Below are positions 47,347 to 63,998 of a stretch of DNA of 64,000 nucleotides, piece after piece; the stretch's first letter is position 1; each line of letters starts with the position of its first letter. Origin of the DNA: the human T2T-CHM13v2.0 reference genome, Homo sapiens. The translations under genes and the position numbers were made by a program. The stretch lies in NCBI RefSeq assembly GCF_009914755.1, contig NC_060939.1. One strand, given 5' to 3'. Under the pieces are notes generated by a model that had not been told where the DNA came from, ran no database searches, and saw only the letters and a program-made list of their open reading frames with translations.

Positions 47347-47649
47347 GGCTGGGCGTGGTAGCTCACACCTGTAATCCCAGCACTTTGGGAGGCTGAGGTG
47401 GGCAGATCACTTGAGCCCAGGAGTTTGAGACCAGCCTGGCCAACATGGCGAAACCCCATCTCTACTAAAATCACAAAAAAATTAGCCAGGAGTGGTGGCA
47501 CACATCCGTAATCCGCTACTCCAGAGGCTGAGGCACAAGAAATGTTTGAACCCGGGAGGTGGAAGTTGCAGTGAGCTGAGATGAAGCCAGCCTGGGTGAC
47601 AGAGAGAGACTTTGTCTCCCTCTCCCCCGCAAATAAATAAGTAAATAAA
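47347..47649 (+). mobile_element. AluS/J
   Basis: Dimer with small deletions. Confidence 0.92.
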
Positions 47650-49242
47650 GGAATACAGTGTACAAAAGCCTACTTTATATCTTTAAATTGGTTTTACATT
47701 TTGCTTTTCTGATTCTATTGTGAGAATTAGTACTTCTCCAATAGTTGTTGGTCTTTATGAAGTATGAAGACTTAGTAGCTTTGAAGATAAAATTAAATAT
47801 TCGAATGGCAGTGATGCCACAGTCACTCAGGATTCAAGAAGAAGCATTAGCCAGTGGTGATCCCTACCAGCCCCGTTTCCTCTCTCCTCAACCAGACATA
47901 AGAGCTCTTAGGCTGTAACTTTCCTGCCTTGAAATTTAATTCATATTATTTGGTATGTTTCTCTATAGCAGGCAAGTAAAATGAAAAATTAAGATTCAAA
48001 TATTCTGGAAAGTTGTCTGAGTACCAGGTTGCTCAGCTGTATTTCTGTAAATATACTCAATGTGCAGAAATAATCCTGGAGAGAAGAGAATTTACAATCT
48101 ACTGAGAAACTGCTTAAATCCAATATTTTTTAAATTGACAGATTATTGTCTATATGAAAATCTTAATGTAGAGAAATATAGGCCATAGGAATGGGTGTTA
48201 ACCTGCTTGTGCCCTTTCTTCACTAAGGAAAGGCTGAAGGAGAAACCATACTGCTGCTTGTTTTTTTACTTTGATCAATATGATTTCCTGAAAAGGATAG
48301 GCAGGGTCACAGGGAAGGAGAGAAGCACAGTCCTAGGATAAGCTTTGCAGCTCTTTCAAGTCAATGAAGCAGAGAGAAGTATTTGGTTAACTCATTAAAG
48401 ATGCCTCAACTACAGTGCTTTACATTGAGTCAGTTCCTTTTTATTTTGGTCTGATTTTCAGAAGCAATGATTTACATAGAAGCCAGCAAACTGAAGGAAC
48501 TTCCAGATAGTGCCCAGGTAAACAGTGTGGATAGTTAAGAATCCAGCCTATTCTTCTATGCCTGGACTACTATCCAGGCACAGTAGTCTTAAATAAAACA
48601 ATCATAATTAGAAGAAATCAGCTTTGTCTTAGGAAATTAAACATAAGACTCTTGAGATGAGGGATCAGAGGTAAACTGATAAAACAACAGAAGGTGAAAA
48701 GGGAACTGACAGAACAGAAAAAAAAAAGAAAGGATAAATAATGATTTTGTAGAACTTCAAACCATGTTGATAGCAGAAAGAAATAGAGCAAGCATTACAG
48801 AAAATAGGTCTGGAAGACAGGAAAAGGACAAAGAAGTAAGTAGCAACTGGTAAACATGGAGGACAAATTAAGAGACTGGATGCAAACCAAACATATTCTT
48901 AACAACTAAAGGATCTTGAGGTAATTAATATCCAAATGACATTTCAAAAGAGAAAGTTAAGTGCTTAGAATAAAGCCTAGTGGAACTGCTAAAGTTCAAG
49001 AATAAAGAAAGAAGAAAATGAGAAAATTATTTTGGCCAGACTTCCTCAGTAACAACAGGTAACAAGAAAATAGAACACTATCTCTATATGAATATTGAGG
49101 AGGGAAGGGATTTTGGCCAAAGTGAGCAGTTGAACACATTTAAACATTAGAATTATGTCTAAGTAGTTGGAGGTGATCAAGTTTATGAGACAAAAAACAG
49201 TTATCATTCTTGAAAGAAAGGCTACATGATATAAAAACAATG

Positions 49243-49544
<302 letters not shown>

Positions 49545-49937
49545 TTAGTGAAAAAATTATATAAAACTGTAATCAACTGGGAAGAGCTTTAGGAAGTTCT
49601 GACCAAAACCAAAGGGATGATCAATGTATTATTTAAGTTTTATAAATTAAGAAATGTATTTAAGTATTAATTACATAGGCCACTCCTAGTAAAACTAAAT
49701 TAGATTTTAGTAATTTCCAAATAAACATTGTGGAGTCAGGGGTGAATGGACCATATAATAAATACAGATCAGAACAAATACATGAAACTTTGGTAAAAGA
49801 AAAAGATTTCTAGGCCTACTACCCCCAAGAATATGAGTGGATTTTTAGCTTCCCACTCATATTTCATTTAAAATACTTAGCAGTATTTGAAAGTTCCTTT
49901 GGTGGCTTCTAGAATGGATCAAAAAGCTATAAACTCC

Positions 49938-50095
49938 AAGCCACATGTAGTGGTGTGCACGTATAGTCCCACCTATACTCAAGAAGGTGAGGCGAGAGGA
50001 TCTCTTGAGGCCAAGAGTTCAAGGCTGTATGCTATTATTGCATATGTGAAAAACTGCTGTGCACCAGCCTGGGCAACATAGTGAGACCCTAACTC
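49938..50095 (+). mobile_element. FAM/FLAM-like Alu monomer
   Basis: gaggccaagagttcaaggctg...ccagcctgggcaacatagtgagaccc. Confidence 0.8.
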
Positions 50096-50201
50096 ATTTT
50101 TTTTAAAAAAGGTATTAACTCCAATATACGCTATTTTTAAAAATGCTGCAAACTCCAGTACATGCTATCTAAAGCACAGGAATTCAGATTGATAGTAAAA
50201 G

Positions 50202-50572
50202 TGTTGATGTGATCGGACCCAACACCAGGCTGTGGGGGCGACAAAGTCCAGCGGAGTCAAAGGAATGAGAAAAGACAAGAGACAAAGTGGGACCAGGGGG
50301 CCAACGCTAGTATGGAGGCTGCGAAGGCCTGGAGCTCTGGGAGCCCACGCTATTTATTGGTGATCAAACAAAGAAACAGGTGGTGAGGATGTGGGGGTTA
50401 AAAGGAAGCGGTGTATCAAGCGAATGAGCTACAGCTGTGAGGGTTTAGCATTTTCTTTGAAACATATGGCTAGTTGAGATAATGGGAGTGCTAGAAGTAA
50501 GGAGCCAGCAGTCTAGCAGGCATGCAAGCCCTGCCTCAGCTTCTCTCCCGACACTCAGCTTTTCTCCCAACA
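50202..50572 (-). mobile_element. ERVK solo LTR (LTR14A-like, HERV-K14/HML-1)
   Basis: TGTTG...CAACA termini; 5-bp TSD AAAAG at 50197-50201 and 50573-50577; minus-strand AATAAA at 50353-50358; minus strand starts TGTTGGGAGAAAAGCTGAGTG. Confidence 0.85.
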
Positions 50573-51039
50573 AAAAGAACTTGAAATACCTGAGAATAAA
50601 GTTACTGGAAGATGTGCAGGATCCACATAGTGAAAAAAAGTTATAAAACTATTGAGAGACTGAATAGGAATTGGAATTAAGTAAATTAAAAGATACTTTG
50701 TTCTTGGCTAGGAAGACAATATTATAGAGTCAATTCTTTCAGTCAGTTTACTCTTGATATAATTGTAGTAAAAGTTCCAAGAGGATTTGAAAAAAAAATT
50801 AATGATTGTACTTAACTTGAAAAAACAAATATGGAAGAACAGAGAAAATTCTGTGAGAAGAATGATAAAGGGATCTTTGTCAAATATTGAGAATTTATCG
50901 ACTACAAGAGCAGACAAATTAGTGGAATAGAATGGAGAGTCCAGGAATAAACTTGTCTAAATAGGAAATTTGGGTATATAGTGAACAGATCAGTGGGGAG
51001 AGTTAGATTAGTCAGTTACTCTTTAAGAAGAAACTAAGT

Positions 51040-51310
51040 GCTTGTAACATGCCTGTAGACATTAAGGGCTCCAGGAATAATAAAGTAGTCCTCATGGGGT
51101 TTACATTCTAGCAGAGCAAACATAAAGAGTGATTACAGTTAGTAATGTTGTAAGTGCTGCAAAGGACTGCAGAGTAACAATGGGATGTAATTCAAGGGAA
51201 CCTTATCTAATGGGGGTGGAAGTGAGGAGCTGTCAGAGATCAGTTATTTGAGGAAGCTGGGTGTAAGCTGGAACCTAAAGGTGGGAAAAAGTGTTTCCAA
51301 TAGATGAAAC
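51040..51310 (-). mobile_element. L2 fragment
   Basis: gtcctcatggggtttacattctag...taagtgctgcaaagga...aagctggaacctaaagg. Confidence 0.6.
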
Positions 51311-52189
51311 AACCCTTCAATAAGTGATTAGATTTTTGGATTGAAATGAAATGGAATCCTGGCTTTACTCCTTATTACGCAAAAATAAATCAACAGTTTT
51401 AATGGAAACAATTTAAAGGTGAGATCTAAATCATTAATGAATTTCCATTAAAAAATCTTTGGGTATAGAGGTCTTTTAAAGTGTGATATGAACTGCAGAA
51501 ATCACAGTGGAGTAGCACGATAAATGTGCCTACATAAAAATTTTAAAGTGGTAATTAAACACTATTAAAGAAGGTTGAAAGACAAGAAAGAAATGAAAGA
51601 AAGCAACCCATGAAACAAAGATTTACTCTTCCTCTTTGCATACTGAACTTAATAGGGAATAAGATCACCACAGAAAAATGTGTTCACCTTCACTAATAAA
51701 TAAATAAATACAAGTTAAGTCTAGGTATTTTTCCCTATCTGATGGGCTAAGATTTTAATCTAGGATTATTTATATGTGGCACATTTAAATGTCCTTCAGA
51801 ATAACATTGGTTGGATATATTATAGTAAATAACTACAGTGGAATATTGTGCAAAAATGAAAAATGTAGACATTTAAAGACAAAGGTGTCTGTTAGATATT
51901 GTCTAGTGAAAAAAGCAGGTTATAAATCTGGACTAAGGTGTTACTTATATGAAATTAGGGACACATGTCTGTGTGGCTGTATACTCATAGAATGCTGTCT
52001 AGAATGTTAACCAAAGTATGAGAGTCATTAGTTCCCTGTTGTCAAATTTTGGATGACAGAAGTTTGTCTTGTCTTGGGAGCATGAATATTTTTATAAAAC
52101 AAGGTGTTTAGCTGGTTTATGAATTGATATTTAGTGTTAATCTCTTATGCTTTCAGTTTTTCAGGTAAAACTTGGTATTTTATATTATC

Positions 52190-52717
<528 letters not shown>

Positions 52718-53780
52718 TTAACTTTCTGATAATCCTCCTTTTTATAATGTGTTGGCATTTCGATTGATAATATGATTATTTCATTGAACTATGCTGTAGT
52801 CAAAGTATTTATAAAAAAGATATTTATTTATTAGTCTTAGGAGAAGTGATATGGTTTGTTCTCATTTGAATGATTTTTCTGGAGGTACAGTAAGATATAG
52901 TAGCCTTTGACACAAAGCCTAAACAAGACCTTAATTAAAAATATTGGAAATTTCTTTTGAGTATTGATTACTTTTAAAATTGAAAATCTCCTGTTTGTAT
53001 ATAAAGAGCATTATAGTTACTGTAATCTGGGCTTTACAACCCAAAAAGTAATTGACCAGATTGCACATTAATATTTTTGCTGGTTATATTGGTTTTACAG
53101 ATTGAAAAGTTTTTTTTTTTTTAATATCTATTGCTTTTCCCTTTTGAATAGTAAGCTGTTTCAGGAGGCCAGGGAACATGTCTCATCTGAATTAATTGGA
53201 AACATTGTGCTAAGTATTTACTGTTATCTTAACCACCTCAACCCACCTTAAGGTCTGCTCTACTATCTTCTGTCCAGAGGTTTGCTATTTAGTTAAAACT
53301 CTAGGTAGTACTTGGCATATATATACTCTTGATGTCTTAGATATGGAACTACTCTATATTTAGATACATATTTTATGAAAAGCTAATATGTAATTTATTT
53401 TATATAAAATGTTTGAAGATACACTTCTTTGTTTTATTCCTCCTCCTTTCTCAGTAAATTAAAAATATTTCAAAATAATGTTTAGAAAGCAAGTCTATTA
53501 TGTAAAATGAGACACGTAATAATTATATTTTTAAGATGATTTGTGCAGTAAGATAAATGCTTTACTGAAGCTAATATGTTTAAATTGCTTTAACTAAAAT
53601 TATTAATAAAATGAATTCATTTGTATAAAATACAGCCTACCCATGTAAAATATTACTCTTCATAGGTACCCCAGCAACAGCACAACTTTAATCCTTAAGT
53701 TTTAGTTGCAGTACTGTTAAAATACTAATAGCTTAATTTCCCAAGATTCAGTTATTTAAAACCAAAGTTTAGGGGGAAAA

Positions 53781-53871
53781 AGGCAGCAAAACTCAGTCTA
53801 CTAGTTTACATACATACACACACACACACACACACTCATATATATGAGAGTAGACTGAATTTTTGCTGTTT
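53781..53871. repeat. Inverted repeat enclosing a (CA)n microsatellite
   Basis: aggcagcaaaactcagtctact pairs with agtagactgaatttttgctgttt. Confidence 0.85.
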
Positions 53872-54027
53872 GCAATATATATATATATGCACATGTATAC
53901 ACACACCTTTATTTGCTATAATTTGTACCATGTAGCTTTTATTTCCTCTGAATAAAAAGGTTGTTATCTTGTTTTATTTTAATTCAACTTCTTGCTTTTC
54001 CCTATAGAAAGTCAGGTTTTTGGAGAG

Positions 54028-54034
54028 CTCTAAC
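54028..54034 (+). promoter_or_regulatory. Probable branch point for the 54082 exon
   Basis: CTCTAAC consensus ~48 nt upstream of the acceptor, followed by pyrimidine tract ctcttatcctttctgttt. Confidence 0.5.
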
Positions 54035-54081
54035 AGTGTGCAAGTTGCTGGGCTCTTATCCTTTCTGTTTAAATAATGCAG

Positions 54082-54226
54082 GTACTTTGATGGAAACCTG
54101 GAGAAGCTCTTTGCTGAGTGTCATGTAATTAATCCAAGTAAAAAGTCTCGAACACGCCAGATGAATACAAGGTCATCAGCACAGGATATGCCTTGTCAGA
54201 TCTGCTACTTGAACTACCCTAACTCG
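54082..54226 (+). CDS. ARIH1: ARIH1 internal coding exon (145 nt, phase 2 to 0; exon 3 by recall), linker and start of RING1
   Basis: Acceptor tgcag at 54081, donor TCG|gtgagt at 54227. Translates (R)[48 protein letters not shown], with the RING1 CxxC (CQIC). Confidence 0.97.
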
Positions 54227-54807
54227 GTGAGTATCTGGTAGTTTAAGGCTAGTGCTGACTTTGTATTTCAGAGGGTAAATCAACTTCCATTATTTAAACA
54301 AAGGAAAATTTGTGGGTCTGGGAGTAGTAACCTCTAAGCCATAACCTATCAATGTATTCAGTGTGAGGAAAGGAAGAAAAAGAGTAAAAGCTTGGTTCCT
54401 CTTACCTCCAACCCCCATTTGTTTTTTAAAGCAGCAACAACTTGTCCAAGTTGTCATTTATAGACCTAAATCTTTCTGGAGTTTATTCTATCACCATGGG
54501 AGAATTGTGTAATAGTAGGCAGTAAGTAGAATTCTTTCTCATCCAAATTAAAATAGATTTAAACTTTAAGTGTTTTTTAAATATCCAGAAACACTCATAA
54601 AATACCGTTAATACTATTTGCTAGGGAACTCTCAGAATTCTTCAGAAGATAAGATTTTCACTTAATCAAATCCATTCAAATGGAGATTGTTAAATATGGT
54701 ATGTGGGGACAGAGTTGGAGCAGAACCAGTGATATAGCAAGAGAACCAAAGAACTGATGTTAATCCCTTAAGTACAAATAACCTTCCTAAAAATTTATTG
54801 AACTGAA

Positions 54808-55107
<300 letters not shown>

Positions 55108-55311
55108 TTACTGAACTGAGATGATTTACTTACTTGATTTACTTGAGTGTTTACTAAGGAAGTTTAGTCTTAAGATGTCTAAGAGATAACTTAATTCTAT
55201 GATAATTACAACTGTCTTGTTCATATTCTCTGCTTTAATAGTTAAGCATCTCTTTCTAATAATTACTATATAACAAGTCTTTGACACTGTTATTTTAACA
55301 ATTATTTGGTT

Positions 55312-55470
55312 GATGGGGGTCTCACTATGCTACCCAGGCTGGAGTGTTATGGCTATTCACAGGCACAGTCAGTGTACTACAGCCTTCATCAGACTCTTGG
55401 GCTCAAGTGATCCTTTTCCCTCAGCCTCCCAAGTAGCTGGAACTACAGACGTGCACCATCAAGCCTGGCT
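55312..55470 (-). mobile_element. FAM/FLAM-like monomer
   Basis: gggtctcactatgctacccaggctggagtgttatggctattcacaggc. Confidence 0.8.
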
Positions 55471-55749
55471 AATATTATATTTATATTGAAGGATTTTTAT
55501 TGTTTATCTTAGAGTTGTATATGTGTATCTCTAATGGGGTCCATTTGTGGGGAGTTAACTTGTTCACATGTACAAGTGATGAGAAAAGTTTTAAAAGAAA
55601 ATAAAGTACTCTTAGAGAAATAGAATGATCAGTGAGTTATTTAGTAGGTAAAGTGGTGAACTGAATTTTCAAATTCTCAAGTTCTGATCGTAACTCTAAC
55701 GTGAAATTTTTGGCTTTAGCGGGAGGTAAGCCATTTAATGTCACTGGGT

Positions 55750-56817
<1,068 letters not shown>

Positions 56818-57279
56818 TGATGAGTTGAATAAGATACTCTTTCAATTTTCTTCCAACCTGAGTATTGTATCATTTCTCTTACCTTAAATCACAATTCTAA
56901 TTTGAATATTTTTTAAAAAGTACTACTGTTACAATATATTAATATTTTGACTATTTTATTGTCTTTAACAGATTCTCCTTGCCAGTTGACATTTATATAG
57001 TGCTTACAGTTAAATGTTTCTGTGAGGTAATACTAAGACCCAGGTTTTACAAGGTTTCCTTACTTCTTGGCGTTTTTCCTCCTGCCCTATCATAGACAGT
57101 TCCTTCTTAACTTAAATCTTAACTCTGATTTGAGTACTGAAGCTTGGCTGCTTCCAAATATCCACTATAACTTTCTCGCTGTTCTTAATATGGTCTAACA
57201 ATCTCAACAAACTAGAATTCAAAATCATGACTTGAGATTTACAGTGTAAATTTTTGTTTTGTACTTGTAACTGATGATG

Positions 57280-57830
57280 GAGAAACCTATTCATTGAACA
57301 CACTAGGCACTATTCTAAGAAACAATGGAGAATAAATACATAATTCCTAACCAGATAATTTGCAGGTTAGTTGGGTAGATAAGTAGTAAGGTGACATATT
57401 CAGAAAGAGTGGTAAGTGCTTTGGTAGGGCAAATATAAGATACGATACTGTGGGAACGTGTTGGAGGGATACCTAACCCAGTTTTTGATCAGGCAGGACT
57501 TACCACAGAAATCTGAACTAACATCTGAAGGCATGGTAGTTAGGCTAAGGAGGAAAATGTAGCAAGTCCAAGGAAGAGAGAATGTACTTTCAAGAACTGG
57601 GGGATGGTAAATAGTACTAAAAGATTCAGAGAAAAGATTTAAAAAGTTAATTTGAAATGAAATGAAGGAGTGAGGTAGGATGGGAAACCAGACTTCATGG
57701 GCTAAAGAGTCACTGACTTGAAGGTGGGAAAGGAAATGGAAGCAATAAATGTAATGAAATTACTCTTTTACAAGAAATTTCACTATGCAAGTGATAGGAT
57801 AAGATAGCAAAAGGAACAACATGGGTTGGC
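57280..57830 (-). mobile_element. L2 fragment
   Basis: tattcattgaacacactaggcactattctaag...ggtaagtgctttggtaggg...tctgaactaacatctgaagg. Confidence 0.65.
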
Positions 57831-58275
57831 AAGTAAGGTAAGGCATTATGGAAACTGCTAAGTGTTCCGAAAAGTATCATGACAAAACTAGGATGTCCTT
57901 TCCTCATAATTTTTAGACTCATATAGAAGGATAATTTTAACCTCTTCAGTTTTGGAAGTAAATGTCACCTGAAACTCTTCATAAAGTTTTATTATTGGAT
58001 GAGTGAGTTCTTCACTTACATTGTATAACTCCCACATTTTACTACTCTCCAAGCATTTGTACTTTTTTATTATATATATCTTCAGTATCTTTATCCTTCC
58101 AGAAAGCAATTTTTGCTTTATGCAGTGTCACATGCACATTTTAAAATAAGTGCTTTTGATAGCTTAGTTTACAACCCTTTGGAGTTAACTGTCCTGAGTG
58201 GCTGCTTCTTTCAAAACAATGTCCTGAGACATTGGAGCACTTTGTAAATTCGTAGATTCCAACTTAATGTTTTAG

Positions 58276-58655
<380 letters not shown>

Positions 58656-59483
58656 CAGTGTCTCATTTTTATGAAGTAAATAATTTGTATTTTCTAAGAA
58701 TAAGATATGTGAAGTAGGTAAAGGCAGAGTTGAAATTGTGAGGAAGGGTGGTCCACCATCCCGTCCCCCATTCCTGAAGCCCCTCTGTGGAATCTTGGTG
58801 CTGCTGGAAACTGCTTGAAAATACCTACGTCCCACCCTATTTTCCTTTTAACACATTACATTTTACACACAAGGGAACCGATTCCCAGGTCATTTGTTCA
58901 ATTTTTATAAACAAAGGGGTTTCAATTTTAGAGGTTATATGGACAACTTATTATGGAAGAAAGATTCTTAATTTTCTTACTGCTATTTGACATTAGTTGC
59001 TGTGTATGTAAAGTGATGCAGATAAATGAAACCTTTAAGAGTGTATTCTTAAGTTTCTTTAAGTCCATTAATTTCTTTTGTAGATAATATTTCATGTATT
59101 TTTCGTGTACTCTCTTGATCGGATGTATTTGTGATATAAACAGGGATAAGTTTAGTGAATAGATAATATGATCCCCTGGGACAGGGGAAAGCCCAGGGAG
59201 CCATGTAGGTGAACCTAGCTCAAGGTTATGAGGAAACGAATATATCAGAGGAGGGAGAGGGAAAGGGAAGTAAGACAGACAGGAAGATATCTGCGATAAT
59301 AATATGTTCCTCGAAAGCACAATGAATATGTATCTTTAGACTACAGATTTGTGTCTTGGTTTTTGGTGTTTTTATTTTTTTGCTCTATCTTTAGACATCC
59401 ATGTATGATTTATTTTTCTAACTTGTTTAATCTTGTTATCTGATTAGAGAAGTTATTTAAAAAGAATAAAAAGCTTTTATCTG

Positions 59484-59550
59484 TGTGCTGAAGTTGTAAC
59501 AAGGTTGAGAGAGGTGCATCTCACACGAGTGTGATTACATTTATGAACTA
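59484..59550 (-). pseudogene. U13 (SNORD13) snoRNA-derived retropseudogene fragment
   Basis: Minus strand TAGTTCATAA...GTGTGAGATGCACCTCTCTCAACCTTGTTACAACTTCAGCACA resembles recalled U13 TAGTTCATGA...GTGTGAGATGTGCCACCCTTGAACCTTGTTACGACGTGGGCACA; flanking repeat ttttatct. Confidence 0.75.
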
Positions 59551-59949
59551 TCTTTTTATCTTAAAATGAGCTCTAGACTAGAAGTCAAAAAAGGTTGAGA
59601 CTTAAAGTGATCACTTAGTAACCATTGTGACCGTTGATCTCTGTTAAGGATTCCTACTTGAAAAAAGAATGAAGCACATATAAGCATGTGTATATGTTTT
59701 TAAGTTTTGAATAAAACATTTTAGAGTTGCTGATATATTTACTGTATTTGTGTCTTTTACAGAATACCCCTTCCTTTAACAGCCTTAAAAATCAAAGACT
59801 CCATTAGTGATGTGGTAACAAGTTAGTGCCAAATCTCCTTCTCTGATGGGGAGTAATGATAATAGATTCCCTTTAAGCTTGATATTTATTTTACATGTCA
59901 TTCTTTCAGTAAACCTAATTGCAGGACTGATACACTTCATATATATATA

Positions 59950-60319
<370 letters not shown>

Positions 60320-60635
60320 TAACGAGATATTTGTATCTAATATCATAAGTAACATCAGAAATTTTATAAGTACATGTCACATAATGGCTAAATAGAAAAT
60401 CTAAGGGAATTTTAAAATACCCTTTATAAGAGCCACGAAAGGAAAGAATAAAAGAGCTAGGAATAAACTTGATAAGAAATGTGAAAGATTGCTATGAAGA
60501 AAACTTCAAATACTAAGATAAAAGAATGACTTGAATATTTGAGATAGAAGAAATAGGAAAATATTGAAAAAGAAGATTAAATTGACAGGGGAGAGCTGAG
60601 TGAGGACTAGTCCTGCTAGATACAAGAGTAGACAG

Positions 60636-60825
60636 AGCGGTGGAACAGGATAGAGTCAAATATGCATGAGGAGAATTTAGTGTATTACAGAGGAGGCATT
60701 TCAAATAAGGTGGATTATTTGATACATGGTAGCAGTGGAACAGGATACAGTCAAATATGCATAAGGAGAATTTAGTGTATTATAGAGGAGGCATTTCAAA
60801 TAAGGTGGATTATTTGATACATGGT
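60636..60825. repeat. 95-bp tandem duplication, 4 mismatches
   Basis: Units 60636-60730 and 60731-60825. Confidence 0.95.
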
Positions 60826-61557
60826 GTTAGAGCAACTTGGTAGCCATATGGAATAGAAACTTAAGATTCCTACCTAGCTTCATAAATAAAAGTTAATGAA
60901 TTCACAAGCGGTAAATTTAAACGGTGATAAGTTTCACTGTGAGTGAAGAGCTTCTGTATGGCAACAAAATATGAACACTAAGAATTAAAGTGGGGGAAAA
61001 GATTTCCCCTACTTATAAATGGCCAATTTCCTACATAAGTAAAAAGCCTCCGTAAATAAGTGAAAAACCCACAGGCAAAGTTGGCAAAATATATCAAGAG
61101 AGTATACAGAAAAAGAAATATACAGTGTAAAACCTTTTTTGAAATATTATAATTTCATTTATAATAAAAATTCAAATCAAAACTAAAGAAGTTAGTGTGT
61201 TTTTCACCTATTAGATTGGCAAAGATCAAGGAGTTGGATCATATACTACATTGTCATGGGCATGAGAAATCAAGTACTCTTGCACGGCATAAATGACGAC
61301 AATCTCTTTGCAGGGGAGCCTGATGATAGCTATTAGATTGTAAATGTATATATTTATTATAATGTCACCTCTACAGATTTGTCCTAAGATACATTCATAA
61401 GATCACAAAGATGTATATATAGTCAATGCAGTAGTATAGTAGGAAAAAAAAAGGCAGTGTAAAGGTTCATTAATAGTAGACTATAAATAAAATTGTGGTA
61501 CCTTTCTATAAAGAGGCAAACCCACACCAGTGTGGTACCATATGAGAAATCCATTGG

Positions 61558-61988
<431 letters not shown>

Positions 61989-62008
61989 TAGCAGTTGCTT
62001 CTGGGTAG

Positions 62009-62365
<357 letters not shown>

Positions 62366-62906
62366 TAAACTCTGAACTTGTACTGTTAAAGTAATTGTTT
62401 TTAGTAATGTCTATTTAACTTACTCAATTAAAAATAATTTAGAGGTAAATTATGGCAAAATGTTCTTTAAAATAAGGTAACCATTATTTGAATCTTTTTA
62501 AAAGACATAATCCTCCAGATCATCTAATATTATTTAAAGTATTTACTTAATGTCCCATTACAGGATACTGCTTCATTTAACGATCCCTTAACTCTTAAGA
62601 TTTTAGAACAAAGTGTTAGTTACTATTATCCTTAGCTATTCTGAATAAATCTTTTCATAACAGGTTTATTGAGATATAATTTATATACTATCCAGTTCAC
62701 CCATTTAAAGTGGTTTTAGTATATGCTACAGAGTTGTGTGCCATCGCCATAATTTTAAAAACATTTTATAACCCCCCAGGAGATAACTTTTTAAATTCAC
62801 CCCCTAATTCCTCCCAAGTCCCCCAGCCCCTAGGCAACTGCTCATCTGTTTTCTTTGTCAATGGATATACCTATTCTGGACATTTCATATGAAAGAATCA
62901 AACAAG

Positions 62907-63238
<332 letters not shown>

Positions 63239-63662
63239 TTACAAGAAATTTCACTGTGCAAGTGATAGGAGAACAACCTTGAAAACAAGGTTCATCTATA
63301 TTGTGGCATTTATCAGTACTTTATTTCCTTTTATGGCTGAATAATATTTTATTTATGGAAATATGGAAAAATATTTTTTTCTTCAGTTGATGGACATCTG
63401 GATTGTTTTCATTTTTTGGCTGTTACGAATAATGCTATAATGAACACTTGTGTACAAGTTTTTGTATGGATGTATGTTTTCATTTCTTTTGAGTATATAC
63501 CCAGGAGTAGAATTGCTGGGTCCTATGGTAACTCTATGTTTAATATTTTGAGGAACTGCCTGATTGTTTCCAAAGTTGCTGTACCATTTTACATTTCCAT
63601 CAACAGTGTACGAAGGCTCCAATTTTTCTACATCCTCACCAACACTTGTTATTAATATTGGC

Positions 63663-63998
<336 letters not shown>

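Noticed and set aside
54008-54226. Extended exon 3 (219 nt, a multiple of 3) as an in-frame rescue of exon 2 skipping
   Set aside because: The phase-0 frame hits TAA (ttt aaa taa) just before 54082.
60636-60825. Tandem repeats here and at 4785, 38844 and 43410 as CRISPR-like arrays
   Set aside because: Eukaryotic context, only two units each, no spacers.
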